Translations under genes and position numbers: made by a program
Source: Candidatus Poribacteria bacterium
GTDB lineage: Bacteria > Poribacteria > WGA-4E > JAJDTR01
Assembly (NCBI GenBank): GCA_965222225.1
Contig: CBDCTK010000002.1
Coordinates: forward strand, 3,648,001 to 3,712,000
DNA: 64,000 nt
Direction: 5' to 3'
Notes under the pieces: generated by a model
Told to the model about the DNA's origin: nothing
Seen by the model: only the letters and a program-made list of their open reading frames with translations
Database searches by the model: none
Part shown: positions 20,833 through 31,313 of the stretch, in pieces
Layout: each line of letters begins with the position of its first letter
How positions within the stretch are numbered: the stretch's first letter is position 1

Positions 20833-20934
20833 CACTACCTTTGGTAGTCCGATACTATAAGAAGGTTCAACCGTTAGAGGTATTATAATGTACCTCCCTA
20901 ATACTACAACCGCATTCAGTGGCGAGGACCTCTG

Positions 20935-21140
20935 TAGGGGCGGGTTCACTCTATGACAGAAACCGATGTGAGGTCGGCATTGCGTTCTATAACAAGGGCG
21001 TCAGTACGCCCGCTATGGCGGAAACCCGCCCAGAACAAATTCGAGGTTTCTCCTTTGACAACGCGGAGTCAGTGCAATGGAGTGTGTATCTGCAATAAAC
21101 GCCGTGTTAGCAAGATCAAATCTGCACCCACAAACACACT
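20935..21140 (+). repeat. ~205-bp dispersed repeat, copy 1
   Basis: TAGGGGCGGGTT.ACTCTATGACAGAAACCGA...ACAAACACACTA; second copy at 23050-23256. Confidence 0.85.
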
Positions 21141-21329
21141 AATGTGTATAGATCCGGTTGTAGTACTAAGTTGTATCTTCCGGTCGCGGCTCAAGCGAAA
21201 CCGCGAGGTCTCAGAGGGTGTTTCAAAAGGTAAACTTGAAGCTAAGAAAGCACAGCGGCCTTGGGTATCGTAATCTGAAGCATTTCTCCCTGCGTGCGCA
21301 GAGAAATGCGGACGCGCAGACGCTGTTTA

Positions 21330-21489
21330 GAGCTTGTTTGAATAATGGGCGGCAAAGAATTTTTAGGCTATTGGAGGCTGGTGCGCAGTGCGCACCCTAC
21401 AGGATTTCGCAAGAAGAAGCCGAGTTTTCAAGAAGAAACGCCGTTTCAGGACAAATTGCTCTAACGGAAATGAATTTTCAAACAAGTTC
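21330..21489. mobile_element. IS5-family-like MITE
   Basis: TIRs GAGCTTGTTTGAA / TTCAAACAAGTTC with TTA flanks; contains a REP; lone matching end at ~22911-22923. Confidence 0.7.
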
Positions 21490-21518
21490 TTAGCACAGTA
21501 AATGTCAAAGAGCCTTTT

Positions 21519-22514
21519 CTATTCGCTCTTCTGCTTAAGCCAGCCCCATATTGCTCGGAGCTTGCCACCAGGGGAGACAGGATACCGAGCACGATCAAAC
21601 CAGGCAGGATTCTTGTCAGAGCCAGGAACTGCCGCTAGTCTGCGTTGCTTTTTCCCATCGGCATCCATAACGTAGATTTCATAGTTCCCATCCCGCTTGG
21701 AGTGGAAGGCGATACTTTTACCGTCAGGAGACCAGGCAGGAGACTCGTCCTTCGCGGGATCGTCTGTTAGTCTACGTTGATTTTTCCCATCGGCATCCAT
21801 AACGTAGATTTCCTCGTTCCCGTCTCGCTTGGAGTGGAAGGCGATACTCTTACCGTTAGGAGACCAGTCTGGATCCCGGTCCTTCGCGGGATTGTTTGTT
21901 AGCCTGTATTGATTCTTTCCATCGGCATCCATAGCGTAGATTTCACTGTTTCCATCCCGCTCGGAGTAGAAGACGATACTTTTACCGTTAGGAGACCAGT
22001 CTGGAGAACTGTCAGTCGCGGGATTGTTCGTTAGCCTGGTTTGATTGTTCCCATCGGCACCCATAACGTAGATTTCCTTGTTACCGTCCCGATCGGACCA
22101 GAAGGCGATCCTTTGAGCGTAAGGATGCCAGGCTGGATTGCCGTCACTCGGGGCATTGTCGGTTATCTGGCGTTGATTTTTCCCATCGGCATCCATAACG
22201 TAGATTTCAAAGTCCCCACCCCGACTGGAGTAAAAGGCGATACTTTTACCGTCAGGAGACCAGTCTGGATTTTGGTCGAAGGGCTCGTTGACTTCAACTT
22301 CAAAAAAGTCACCTCCCGTTACGTCGCGTTGATTCTCCCCATCGACATCCATAACGTAGATCCTCATACCCCACAAGATATCAAGATTGCCCTTGTCCCG
22401 AGAGGTCTGGAAGGCGATCTTTGCTTCTTCGCGCGCTTGTGCGGGTATAGATAGCGCAACGCCACTCAACACTAGGACGCAACTTAGCGCGATACGCATA
22501 AGTTTCTTTTTCAT
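21519..22514 (-). CDS. secreted TolB-like PD40-repeat protein
   Basis: Signal peptide; six PDWSPDGKSIAF repeats. Confidence 0.92.
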   Translation of the reverse strand: MKKKLMRIALSCVLVLSGVALSIPAQAREEAKIAFQTSRDKGNLDILWGMRIYVMDVDGENQRDVTGGDFFEVEVNEPFDQNPDWSPDGKSIAFYSSRGGDFEIYVMDADGKNQRQITDNAPSDGNPAWHPYAQRIAFWSDRDGNKEIYVMGADGNNQTRLTNNPATDSSPDWSPNGKSIVFYSERDGNSEIYAMDADGKNQYRLTNNPAKDRDPDWSPNGKSIAFHSKRDGNEEIYVMDADGKNQRRLTDDPAKDESPAWSPDGKSIAFHSKRDGNYEIYVMDADGKKQRRLAAVPGSDKNPAWFDRARYPVSPGGKLRAIWGWLKQKSE

Positions 22515-23049
22515 CGTAAACCTCCTTGGAGCTCTGATGCCTTACATGAAAACAGTGACGGTTCTTTTCGCTTGGTCTCAATACGTCGCTTCGTTCCTAC
22601 TCGACCAGCGTTCGCTAATTGACAAAGAATACTAGACGGTTAGGGTAACATTTTTTGTAACTGTTTAGTTCAGTTTATGGAACTGGAAAAAGAGCACCGC
22701 ATTATGGCAATCGCACCTGATTCTAGAGCTGGAGAGATCTTCTTTGCAATCACTAAATTACTGATTTTCCTCGTTCTCTTTACACGAGCATCAAAAGCCC
22801 CAGCGGGCGACACGTGTATAGAAACGTGGATTCACCACACACCCCAAGCCCCAGAGGGGCGACATGTGCATAGAAACTCAAATGGCCGAAAATGGCTCTC
22901 CCCCCTATTATTCAAACAAGCTCTAAGCAGTTACCATTTTTTAAAACCACAGAGGCACGAAGACACGGAGTTTTTTCTTTTCTCTGTGTTGCTTCTGTGC
23001 CTTCGCGGTAAAAATGAATTAACTCAATGATTCATACTAGAACCGCATT

Positions 23050-23256
23050 TAGGGGCGGGTTTACTCTATGACAGAAACCGAATGTCAGGTGGGCATTGCG
23101 TGTCATAACAAGGGCGTCAATACACCCGATATGGCGGAAACCCGCCCAAGGCAGATTTGGGTTTCTCCTTTGAGAACGCCGAGTCAGTGCAATGAAGTGT
23201 GTATCTGCAATGAACGCCCGGTTGGCAAGACTAAATCTGTCCCTACAAACACACTA
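23050..23256 (+). repeat. ~205-bp dispersed repeat, copy 2
   Basis: Aligns by eye with 20935-21140. Confidence 0.85.
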
Positions 23257-23849
23257 GTGGTCAACCAAATTAGTTTATTGGGTTATTTCCGCTTTCCTCG
23301 GGCCCGCCCACCAAGGCGCCTCATTCCCTCCCCCTGACGGTTCAGGGGGCAGACAATTCTGGGAAAGCATAGCATTCTGGGTATTTCAAGTTGCGACTCT
23401 TCAAGTCCCCCTTTTCATGAAGATTAACAATTTAATTCGGTAATTTCTTGGTGAAGCCCGGTAGGTGCGGTTAGGAAACCGGACCTACCGGGCCTGGGGG
23501 AAATATAGAATTACCGAAATATTTATTTAAACTTCATCCAAAGGGGGATTTAGGGGAATTTTTGAAATGTGAATCTCCTCGTCAAATCCCCCTAACCGCC
23601 CTTTACGAAAGGGTGGAACAAAAGTGTCCACCCCATTCATCATGAGTCCGTAAAGGGGGTAACATCTTGCATCCTCCTGGTGACAGATTTCTAGTTCTGT
23701 TTAAGAATAAACTGGCGGGATGCAAGGTTTCAGAGCGCGATTAAATTTAAAAGATACAACTTCCTGATAGGGGACACAAAAAACGACTCAAATCCAGAGT
23801 TGGACTGAATTTGAGCCATTTGAAAAAACTATTGGTTTTCAGCTTATCG

Positions 23850-23998
23850 TGTATTGGTCAAGATGATGAGTTACACCCCCATTTGGATGCCCGACTTCAG
23901 TCGGGGGCGATGGCCGTCTCGACTGAAGTCAAGCATCCAGCGTCAAGAGACTGTGCGTATTTAACGGCGCACTGCCAATCATCTTGTTGACCAATACA
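23850..23998. mobile_element. MITE-like element
   Basis: Termini GTATTGGTCAAGATGAT / ATCATCTTGTTGACCAATAC; internal palindrome CCCGACTTCAGTCGGG. Confidence 0.6.
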
Positions 23999-24007
23999 GT
24001 TTCTAGC

Positions 24008-25051
24008 TTATCGACTGCTCTTGATTTCTCCCCATGAGGTTGTCAGCTTGCCAGCAGGGGAGACAGATGTGGGCGGCGGGGCAAAAGCAGGATCAAAGTA
24101 GACACCATTTAACTCCCCTGCGTCCACTATCAGCTCGCTCGCCTCGGAAGTACCGTCGGCATTCGCAATCCAGGTATGGCCCCCGCCGTTGATCAAGATC
24201 CTACCGTCAGGAGTCCAGTCGCTCGGCCAGCCACCTCCAGGTCCATCGGGGAAGGCTTCTTTGATCATCGCACTCAGGTTTCGTTCATTGCCGCCATCGG
24301 CATCCATAACCCAGGTTTGCAGCCCATCAGCTCGATTGCTCCAGAAGGCGATACTTTTACCGTCAGGAGACCAGACTGGATCCCGGTCAGTGCCGAGACT
24401 GCCTGTTAGCTTGATTTGATTGCTTCCATCGGCATCCATAACCCAGATATCATCGTTCCCGCCCTGCCCGGAGGAGAAGACGATACGACCGTCAGGCCCC
24501 CAGTCTGGCTGTACGTTTCCGATCCCTTCTTCACTGTCTGTTAGTTCACGTCGATTGCTACCATCAATATTTACACTGACGATTTGACGGAATTCATCAG
24601 GCGCATAGGTCTCGAAGCAGACACTTTTGCCGTCAGGAGAGAACGATGGGCCCAGGTCACCCACAGTCGGACTGTCCGTTACCTTGCGTAGATTGCTACC
24701 ATCGACGTTTATAAGCCAGATCTCAGCCAGCCAACCGTCGTGAATCCTATCGCTGGAAAAGGCGATAGTTTTACCGTCAGGAGACCATGCTGGATAGCCG
24801 TCCATGGCCACATTGTCTGTTAGCCTTCGTTCGTTACTCCCGTCAGCATTCGCAACGTAGATGTCGGAGTCCTTATCTGATACCGCAATGTCCTGATTCC
24901 GATTGGTCATCCAGGCAATCATTTGTGCGTCTATACATAGCACAGCGACGCTGAACAGTAGCACGCAACTTAGCGCGATACACGTAGCTTTCGTTCCCAT
25001 TTGCATTCTCATGATAAACTCCTTCTTAAGTTTTGGATTCAAGTTTTGCAA
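24008..25051 (-). CDS. secreted TolB-like PD40-repeat protein (true start probably ~25000-25013)
   Basis: PAWSPDGKTIAF repeats; tail VSPAGKLTTSWGEIKSSR. Confidence 0.9.
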   Translation of the reverse strand: MQNLNPKLKKEFIMRMQMGTKATCIALSCVLLFSVAVLCIDAQMIAWMTNRNQDIAVSDKDSDIYVANADGSNERRLTDNVAMDGYPAWSPDGKTIAFSSDRIHDGWLAEIWLINVDGSNLRKVTDSPTVGDLGPSFSPDGKSVCFETYAPDEFRQIVSVNIDGSNRRELTDSEEGIGNVQPDWGPDGRIVFSSGQGGNDDIWVMDADGSNQIKLTGSLGTDRDPVWSPDGKSIAFWSNRADGLQTWVMDADGGNERNLSAMIKEAFPDGPGGGWPSDWTPDGRILINGGGHTWIANADGTSEASELIVDAGELNGVYFDPAFAPPPTSVSPAGKLTTSWGEIKSSR

Positions 25052-25787
25052 GCCCTGTAAAATCTAAGCGTCAACATTGCAGGACTTCTGCACTAAAGAG
25101 GTCGATTCTACGACCTGCACAATGGTAACTATTCACCGCAGACACATTCTCACATAAATTATGCCGTACTCTTAGCCCAACTGTCAAGAAAATTCCAGCT
25201 TTAGATGGGAGCTGTCCATGTGTGACCGTTCCATAGACCTAATCTGCTAGTCTCACGGGGTTCAGGGGCAACAATCCAGTAAAATCAGGGGTTCAGTTCC
25301 AACTTGACATACCCCTCAAACCCGCAGCCGGGTTGACACGTTCAAACACCGTTTTATGGGAATTTGCCAAAACGGATGTTTTGGGGACGCAAAACAAGCG
25401 TCTTTTGGGCCAAGATCCGCCCCGGGTGTGGATTGATGCGGTTTGAGGGTGGAAGATCGTATGTCAACAAAATTGTGGATTTAACGGTCTCGTCCATGTC
25501 TCTCGTTATACCAGTTCCAGATCCAAATACCTCTAACCCTCCTTGGAGGATCAGTGATGGACGGAACTGCTTTCGTATTACTGCCGGCTGACGGCTCATC
25601 CTTGGCTCAGGAGTTCACCGGAGTAATTCATGTCAATGTAATTTAGGACGCGTCACTAAACCCGCCTTTGTACAAAAGTATAATACTGAGGTGCGTCAGG
25701 CCAAACGCACCTGATTAAGGTATAAGAAACTAAGGCCATCAAATCAAGATGGAACAACGCATCATTTCTTGTAGGACGGGCATTGCG

Positions 25788-25969
25788 ATCAAATGAGCGA
25801 ATAGCGATGCGATAGAGATCCCACCAGCCTATGAAAGCGCCAGCGGCGATCAAGCGAGCGAATAGCGAGTGCGATAGAGTTCCTCAGGTGTATAGCGATA
25901 CCAAGTCACCCTAAACCAAAGCCTCAGCGCGGGATCAAACGAGTGAACAACGAGTGCGATAGAGATCCC
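25788..25969 (+). repeat. three 35-36-nt elements, each inserted in a REP
   Basis: Copies at 25788-25822, 25849-25884 and 25934-25969. Confidence 0.9.
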
Positions 25970-26381
25970 GACAGGCTACTTGATCTCAGAAACACTGGCG
26001 ACTTTCTCCGATGCACTGGGGTGGGTGAGACACCAGGTCCAGTTTGCGGAGACGACTTTTTCAATGGTCAACCAAAAGACCAGATGGTTAAAATCTCCCC
26101 CGCTTTTCTTCAACGCTTGATTGACGCTTTCTGTTTTCGCGCTTGATTGTACAAAGTCGAGCTAAGTACGTATTACCTCCTACGCCTTTGTCTCTTTCTA
26201 TGAATCATGGAGAGTAGGGAGCGCAGATCTGTGTTCCCTACTCTCCATTCACCAATGTTTTTCGGAATTAGTAGCTTGTAGCTTTTAGACTGACGACAAA
26301 CATAAAACTTGGTACCCTGTCGTAAATCTTTTCGTCACACGTAGATGTCCATAGTGACTATTCTTCTCGTAGGAGTTTGCT

Positions 26382-27236
26382 ATGGACATTTTGAATCTTA
26401 TGAAAGAGTTTCCAAATCAAGAATCTTGTCTCAGATTTATAGAGGAAAAACGTTGGAAGGACGGTGTTTGCTGTATCCACTGTGGCAGTGAAAAAGTTGG
26501 ACGCAAGAACAAAAACGACATTACTACTGGTTGGAATTGCTACGATTGTGAATCTAGCTTTTCGGCTACAGCAGGAACCATCTTCCATGGTACCAAGATA
26601 CCTCTCCAGAAATGGTTTTTGGCTATCTCAATTCTTTCCAATGCCAAGAAAAGCATATCGAGTTGTCAGCTTGCTCGTGACTTGGACATGAATCAAAAGT
26701 CCGCTTGGTATATGGCAATGCGCCTCCGTGAGAAAATGAGTGATAGTGATGAATTGCTGAAAGGGATAGTTGAAGCGGACGAAACCTATGTCGGCGGCAA
26801 ACCCAGAGCAAAATCTAAGAGAGGTAGAGGCACAAATAAATCTCCCGTCATCGGCGTAGTCGAGAGAGGCGGTCGGGTGGTTGCTAAATTCATGAAGGTT
26901 CTATCTGGTGAAAATATCAGAGAATTCATCCTTAGCAATGTCTCACCCGATGAGTCTATTCTTATGACTGATGAATTTCGCTCTTACAATAGTCTGGACG
27001 AAGATATCGAAAGACATGTTATCCATCACCAAGAGAGATATGTTTCTGAGGACGGCGTAACTCACACCAACACCATCGAGTCGTTTTGGGCTTGTGTCAA
27101 GAGGTCATTCTACGGAACGCATCATCACTACAGCAAGAAGTGGCTGCCACTGTATATCATGGAGTCTTGCTGGAAATATAATCGCAGAAAAGATGATGAG
27201 ATTTTCATAAGATTTTTTGATGAATGCTTCACCTGA
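26382..27236 (+). mobile_element. IS1595-family transposase
   Basis: Zinc ribbon CIHC...CYDC; VEADETYVGGK, TDEFRSY and HTNTIESFW motifs; element ends not determined. Confidence 0.93.
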
Positions 27237-27887
27237 GCCACATGAATTGTTTGGCTATCGGTATATTCTGTCAACGACAACATCATGGTGTGCTGAAAAT
27301 CCCATAGTGTTGGAAATTAAAATCCCGCAGATAACCCGCAATGCTCCCGCGAGCATGTACAAACGCTTGGTCAACATGATATGCCTCCATTTCTCTCTTA
27401 TAGAGATGTATTTTAGTGTGAATCAAGATTCCGAACACTGTCTAAAGTTATTGTACATTAAGAAGAGAAAAGCAAGCAAATCGACCAAAAAGCAGTTAAC
27501 TACTAAGTCCCATGTTTTTTCTTGTCACAAGCCAATGTGTTTACCGATTTTGGTCTCTTCTCTTTTCATCGCACGTCAACTCCGGCGCGAAGCTCATAGG
27601 TTGGGTTGAACGGAAATCCATGGCATATCATACACAGAGAGAGGAGTTGCGAGGTTTCATTTCGCCCAAAAACTCCGAAATTCGAGTGAAACCCAACACA
27701 TCGTCGCAAACAATCGACAATCATCAAGTTCTCGATTGCTCCGCATGTCGATAATTCACTTCGCATAGTTCCACGTTTTTGATATAATCTGCGCGAAATT
27801 TCAGAATAGCCCGCCAATGCCAAAGGACGCTTCCCATCCCTTCGTCGACCAACAAACGTCTTGTTTACCTAAAGCGACGATAAAAGA

Positions 27888-28264
27888 ATGACGCCTGAAC
27901 AGCGATATCAGTTTGACACCATCGGATCCTTCACTTGGAGGACGTTCTCACACCTGAGGAGTTGCGGCGCGCTTAGGAAGCTGTCGACCGTTATATCAAC
28001 TCGCCACCCGAAAAACTGCCAGTCGGCTTTAGTTTCAGGAATCGGGCACAGCACAAACACTATCTGCGCGGGTTCGCATTCGACCAAGCGCTCGAACACT
28101 TGACGATTCATCCATCAGTTTGGCAAATTATAAAAGAGTTCACCGGAAATAAACCGTGTCTCGCCCGAGCGAACCTGATTTGCGATACACACGAGCATGC
28201 CCCGCTACATCTCCACAACGGTCCAGGTAAAACCATGGGACTCGGCGTCAACAAGGGAGGTTAA
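27888..28264 (+). pseudogene. phytanoyl-CoA dioxygenase (PhyH)-family pseudogene
   Basis: MTPEQRYQFDTIG, then a frameshift to LHLEDVLTPEELRRA*EAVDRY...FAFDQALEHLTIHP...PLHLH; truncated. Confidence 0.75.
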
Positions 28265-28734
28265 TGATGAACTCATGCGATCCGACCATCGAAGCTGAGG
28301 TCATGAGAGTGCATGATGAGTGGCAGGGGACATTCCGCGGACGAGACATGCAGGCTTGGGAAAGGACATACCATTTCCCGCACTATCGATTGGGTCTGGC
28401 AAGCGGAGAGATGCGTGTGCTGCCTGAACCGGGCACTCAGGACCCCGAATCATTCACACGCCTTGCAGCGAGGGGCTGGCATTATAGCAAGTGGACACGA
28501 CGAAAAATCATCCATGCGTCCGACACAAAAGTGCACGTGAATGTTCAATTCACGAGATGCCGAAAAGATCGTACTCCCATAGAAAGTTTTGACGCGCTCT
28601 ACATTTTGACCAAAGTAGACGGAAGATGGGGTGTTAAGATGCGGTCGAGTTACGCAGGGAAAGAGATTCTAAACCGTCAACTCCCGCGGCGATACCTGTT
28701 CTTTCCCACAAGGTCGGCACCCATCTCAAAATAG
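28264..28734 (+). CDS. NTF2/SnoaL-like hypothetical protein
   Basis: YHFPHYRL...ALYILTKVDGRWGVKMRSS pattern; RBS GGAGG. Confidence 0.7.
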   Translation: MMNSCDPTIEAEVMRVHDEWQGTFRGRDMQAWERTYHFPHYRLGLASGEMRVLPEPGTQDPESFTRLAARGWHYSKWTRRKIIHASDTKVHVNVQFTRCRKDRTPIESFDALYILTKVDGRWGVKMRSSYAGKEILNRQLPRRYLFFPTRSAPISK

Positions 28735-28970
28735 CCCGTACTTTCCGACTGGTGAACGCACGTTGGGAATTGCATTTACATTCTTCAAGATTCTAGTCTA
28801 TAATATCAATAATATCAATACAAAAACCGTGACATCTAGGTTGCGCCCTATGCCCAAGGCTACTTCAATTTGTGGCACAAAGTTGCGGTTAACAGTCAAG
28901 TTAATGGCTTACCCAAATCCGAATCTGTAGTTAATCATAACGAACCATCTTAACGTTCTATAAGGAGATT

Positions 28971-29351
28971 TTGCCAGTGGAATACGAATTTCATCATGTA
29001 CACCTTCGTTGCGAAGATCTGGATGCGGCTATCGATTTTTATGAAAATGTGCTCAATGGGAAGATTACCGAGCGTTTGGAACTTGGTGGTATGCTTATTG
29101 TTCGCATGGAGGTAGGCGGACAGAGACTCTTTCTTTCCCCAAAGTTTGGCGATATTGATGTCGAACCCACGAGCGGAAACGCGCGTTGGGGCGTTTACCA
29201 ACTTGCGTTTCTCGTGGATGACATTGATACCGCGGTCGAGGAACTCAAAGCAAGAGGGGCACAAGCTCAAAATATCAAACCGTCCGGAAATCCAATCGCC
29301 TTCTTTGCGGGACCCGACAATGTGCAGATCGAACTGATGCAGCGCTCCTAG
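28971..29351 (+). CDS. VOC/glyoxalase family protein
   Basis: HHVHLRCEDLDAAIDFY...QLAFLVDDID...GPDNVQIEL. Confidence 0.9.
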   Translation: MPVEYEFHHVHLRCEDLDAAIDFYENVLNGKITERLELGGMLIVRMEVGGQRLFLSPKFGDIDVEPTSGNARWGVYQLAFLVDDIDTAVEELKARGAQAQNIKPSGNPIAFFAGPDNVQIELMQRS

Positions 29352-29385
29352 TTTGCACAGATGTCAACACACCTTACGGCTCCAT

Positions 29386-30066
29386 ATGAAATTCAGTGAA
29401 CTCTTCTACACCATTCAGGGCGAAGGAAAATTCGTCGGCGTGCCATCTGTATTTTTCAGGACAAGCTATTGCAACCTTAGGTGTATTTGGTGTGATACTG
29501 CTTATACGAGTTGGACGCCGGAGAACAAAGACATAACTGTCGATGTAGCTGTCAAGGCTATCACTCAGTATGAGTGCAGGCACATCGTCATCACGGGTGG
29601 AGAACCGTTTATCCAAGTCAAGGAACTAACGCAACTGTGTCAAGAGCTGAATCGACGAGGGCATCACATTACCGTGGAGACGAATGCTACCGTCTTTGCG
29701 CCTGTTGCAGCCAACCTAATATCGATGAGCCCGAAACTCCGAAACTCCAACCCCACCCCCGACAACCGGTTCTTTACGCGTCATGAACGAGGACGCATCT
29801 GTTCCGATGTCATACGCGAATTTCTCGGTCAATACGAGTGCCAAGTCAAGTTCGTTGTTGATTGTCCCGAAGACCTTGAGGAAATTAAGACCTTGCAAGC
29901 CGAAATCCCCATTCCGGCGGAGACTATTTTACTCATGCCCCAGGGCATGACTCCCGAAGAATTACAGCCCAAACAGGAATGGCTGGTGGAGATTTGTAAG
30001 GAAGAGGGATACCGCTATTCGCCGCGGGTACACGTGGATATCTGGGGGAACAAGCGCGGCGTGTAA
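29386..30066 (+). CDS. queE: 7-carboxy-7-deazaguanine synthase
   Basis: TIQGEG, CNLRCIWCDT, ITGGEP and VETN radical-SAM motifs. Confidence 0.93.
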   Translation: MKFSELFYTIQGEGKFVGVPSVFFRTSYCNLRCIWCDTAYTSWTPENKDITVDVAVKAITQYECRHIVITGGEPFIQVKELTQLCQELNRRGHHITVETNATVFAPVAANLISMSPKLRNSNPTPDNRFFTRHERGRICSDVIREFLGQYECQVKFVVDCPEDLEEIKTLQAEIPIPAETILLMPQGMTPEELQPKQEWLVEICKEEGYRYSPRVHVDIWGNKRGV

Positions 30067-30125
30067 TGCTAGAAGCGGAGATTTGCAGGTCGACTCGATT
30101 CGGCAATCGGGGGAAGTTGCGATAA

Positions 30126-30518
30126 ATGGCAGAGTTCAAAATGCTACAGGGATGTTATCGACGGATACTGCTTTTTCTGTTTGCAATCGCCGTCATCCTT
30201 CTAGCGGCGTGCTTTATCTTCTACCAGCAAGTTGGCGGTATTGAAGGATCGCGATTCTGGATGGCGGGACGGGCGCTAGGCGAAGTGGAAGAGCATCTGT
30301 TGAAAAATCGGCCCGACGGTATCTCAAAAACGGATGTTGAACGCCGGTTTGAAAAGGTTCAAAACGCAACCTCCGAGTGGCGTGTGGACTTAGTGGAACT
30401 CCACCGTGTGCTCAAGGATTATCAAGACCGATTTCAGAACACAAAGCCGTCAACTCCCGAGACTGTACAATTCCTCACGATTCTTGAGGCTACAGTTCCC
30501 CCTGAAGACAGTAACTAA
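30126..30518 (+). CDS. membrane-anchored hypothetical protein
   Basis: N-terminal TM segment; co-oriented with queE. Confidence 0.65.
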   Translation: MAEFKMLQGCYRRILLFLFAIAVILLAACFIFYQQVGGIEGSRFWMAGRALGEVEEHLLKNRPDGISKTDVERRFEKVQNATSEWRVDLVELHRVLKDYQDRFQNTKPSTPETVQFLTILEATVPPEDSN

Positions 30519-30593
30519 CCTCCAATTTTGCGTCTCTAGCTTTCTAGGTTGCGCTCCCTTGATCCTTCGAAAACGTGGTTTGGTTAAAGTTAC

Positions 30594-31310
30594 TTGATTG
30601 ACAAAATCCTACACACCGCATCGCGCTGTTTTGGCGAGGGACCGCTAACCCGACAGGATTTTCGGCTGATAACCCGCCTCTATTCCTCTCTACCCCTAGC
30701 CGCACAACTGCAAGTGTGGGCACGCCTGATTTGCTTGCAACCTGTACTGAGAGCGATTGAGCAACACGTTCCTCTTTCCACCGAGCGGCTGGTCGACTTA
30801 GGGAGTGGTTACGGACTAGTGAGCGCTCTCACCGCGCTGCGACGGGAAGGAATGATTTTGGGGGTTGAAGCCTCGCCCTCAAGACTCGCGATTGCGCGGC
30901 AAGCCACGGCCGGACACATCCCAAATGTCACCTTTCAGCACGAGGACATCGCACAAATCTCCCTTCCCCCAAGCGACGCCATCCTGTTAATCGATGTTTT
31001 ATGCCTTTTTGCCGATGACGCCCAAGCGCATGTTCTAGCGAATTGCGCGAATGCGCTGTGTCCGGGCGGCGTTCTCCTCATCAAGGACAATACGACGACC
31101 CCTCGGTGGAAGTACCGATACGCAAATCTGGAGGAAAGAGTTAAGCTTTGGTTGGGGACCTATGGAGTCAGAGCGCAGCTGCAACCTAACTATCGCGCTC
31201 CCGAGGCATGGCGGCAGCTTATCACGAACGCAAACCTAAAAATTGAAGAGGAACGTTACATCGGATCGATTGCCCCTTATCCTGGGGTAATCTATCTCTG
31301 CCGAAAATAG
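30594..31310 (+). CDS. class I SAM-dependent methyltransferase
   Basis: VDLGSGYG and LCPGGVLLI motifs. Confidence 0.85.
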   Translation: MIDKILHTASRCFGEGPLTRQDFRLITRLYSSLPLAAQLQVWARLICLQPVLRAIEQHVPLSTERLVDLGSGYGLVSALTALRREGMILGVEASPSRLAIARQATAGHIPNVTFQHEDIAQISLPPSDAILLIDVLCLFADDAQAHVLANCANALCPGGVLLIKDNTTTPRWKYRYANLEERVKLWLGTYGVRAQLQPNYRAPEAWRQLITNANLKIEEERYIGSIAPYPGVIYLCRK

Positions 31311-31313
31311 CAT

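Noticed and set aside
15115-25051. Diversity-generating retroelement (Avd-like gene near repeated TolB genes)
   Set aside because: No reverse transcriptase is present, and paralog differences are not adenine-specific.
25788-25969. CRISPR array (three ~36-bp repeats)
   Set aside because: Spacers are 26 and 49 bp and consist of REP halves; the repeats are divergent, dispersed and nested elsewhere; there are no cas genes.
29386-30066. queE as part of a dpd DNA-modification system
   Set aside because: No dpdA or other que/dpd genes are adjacent; housekeeping queuosine synthesis is more likely.
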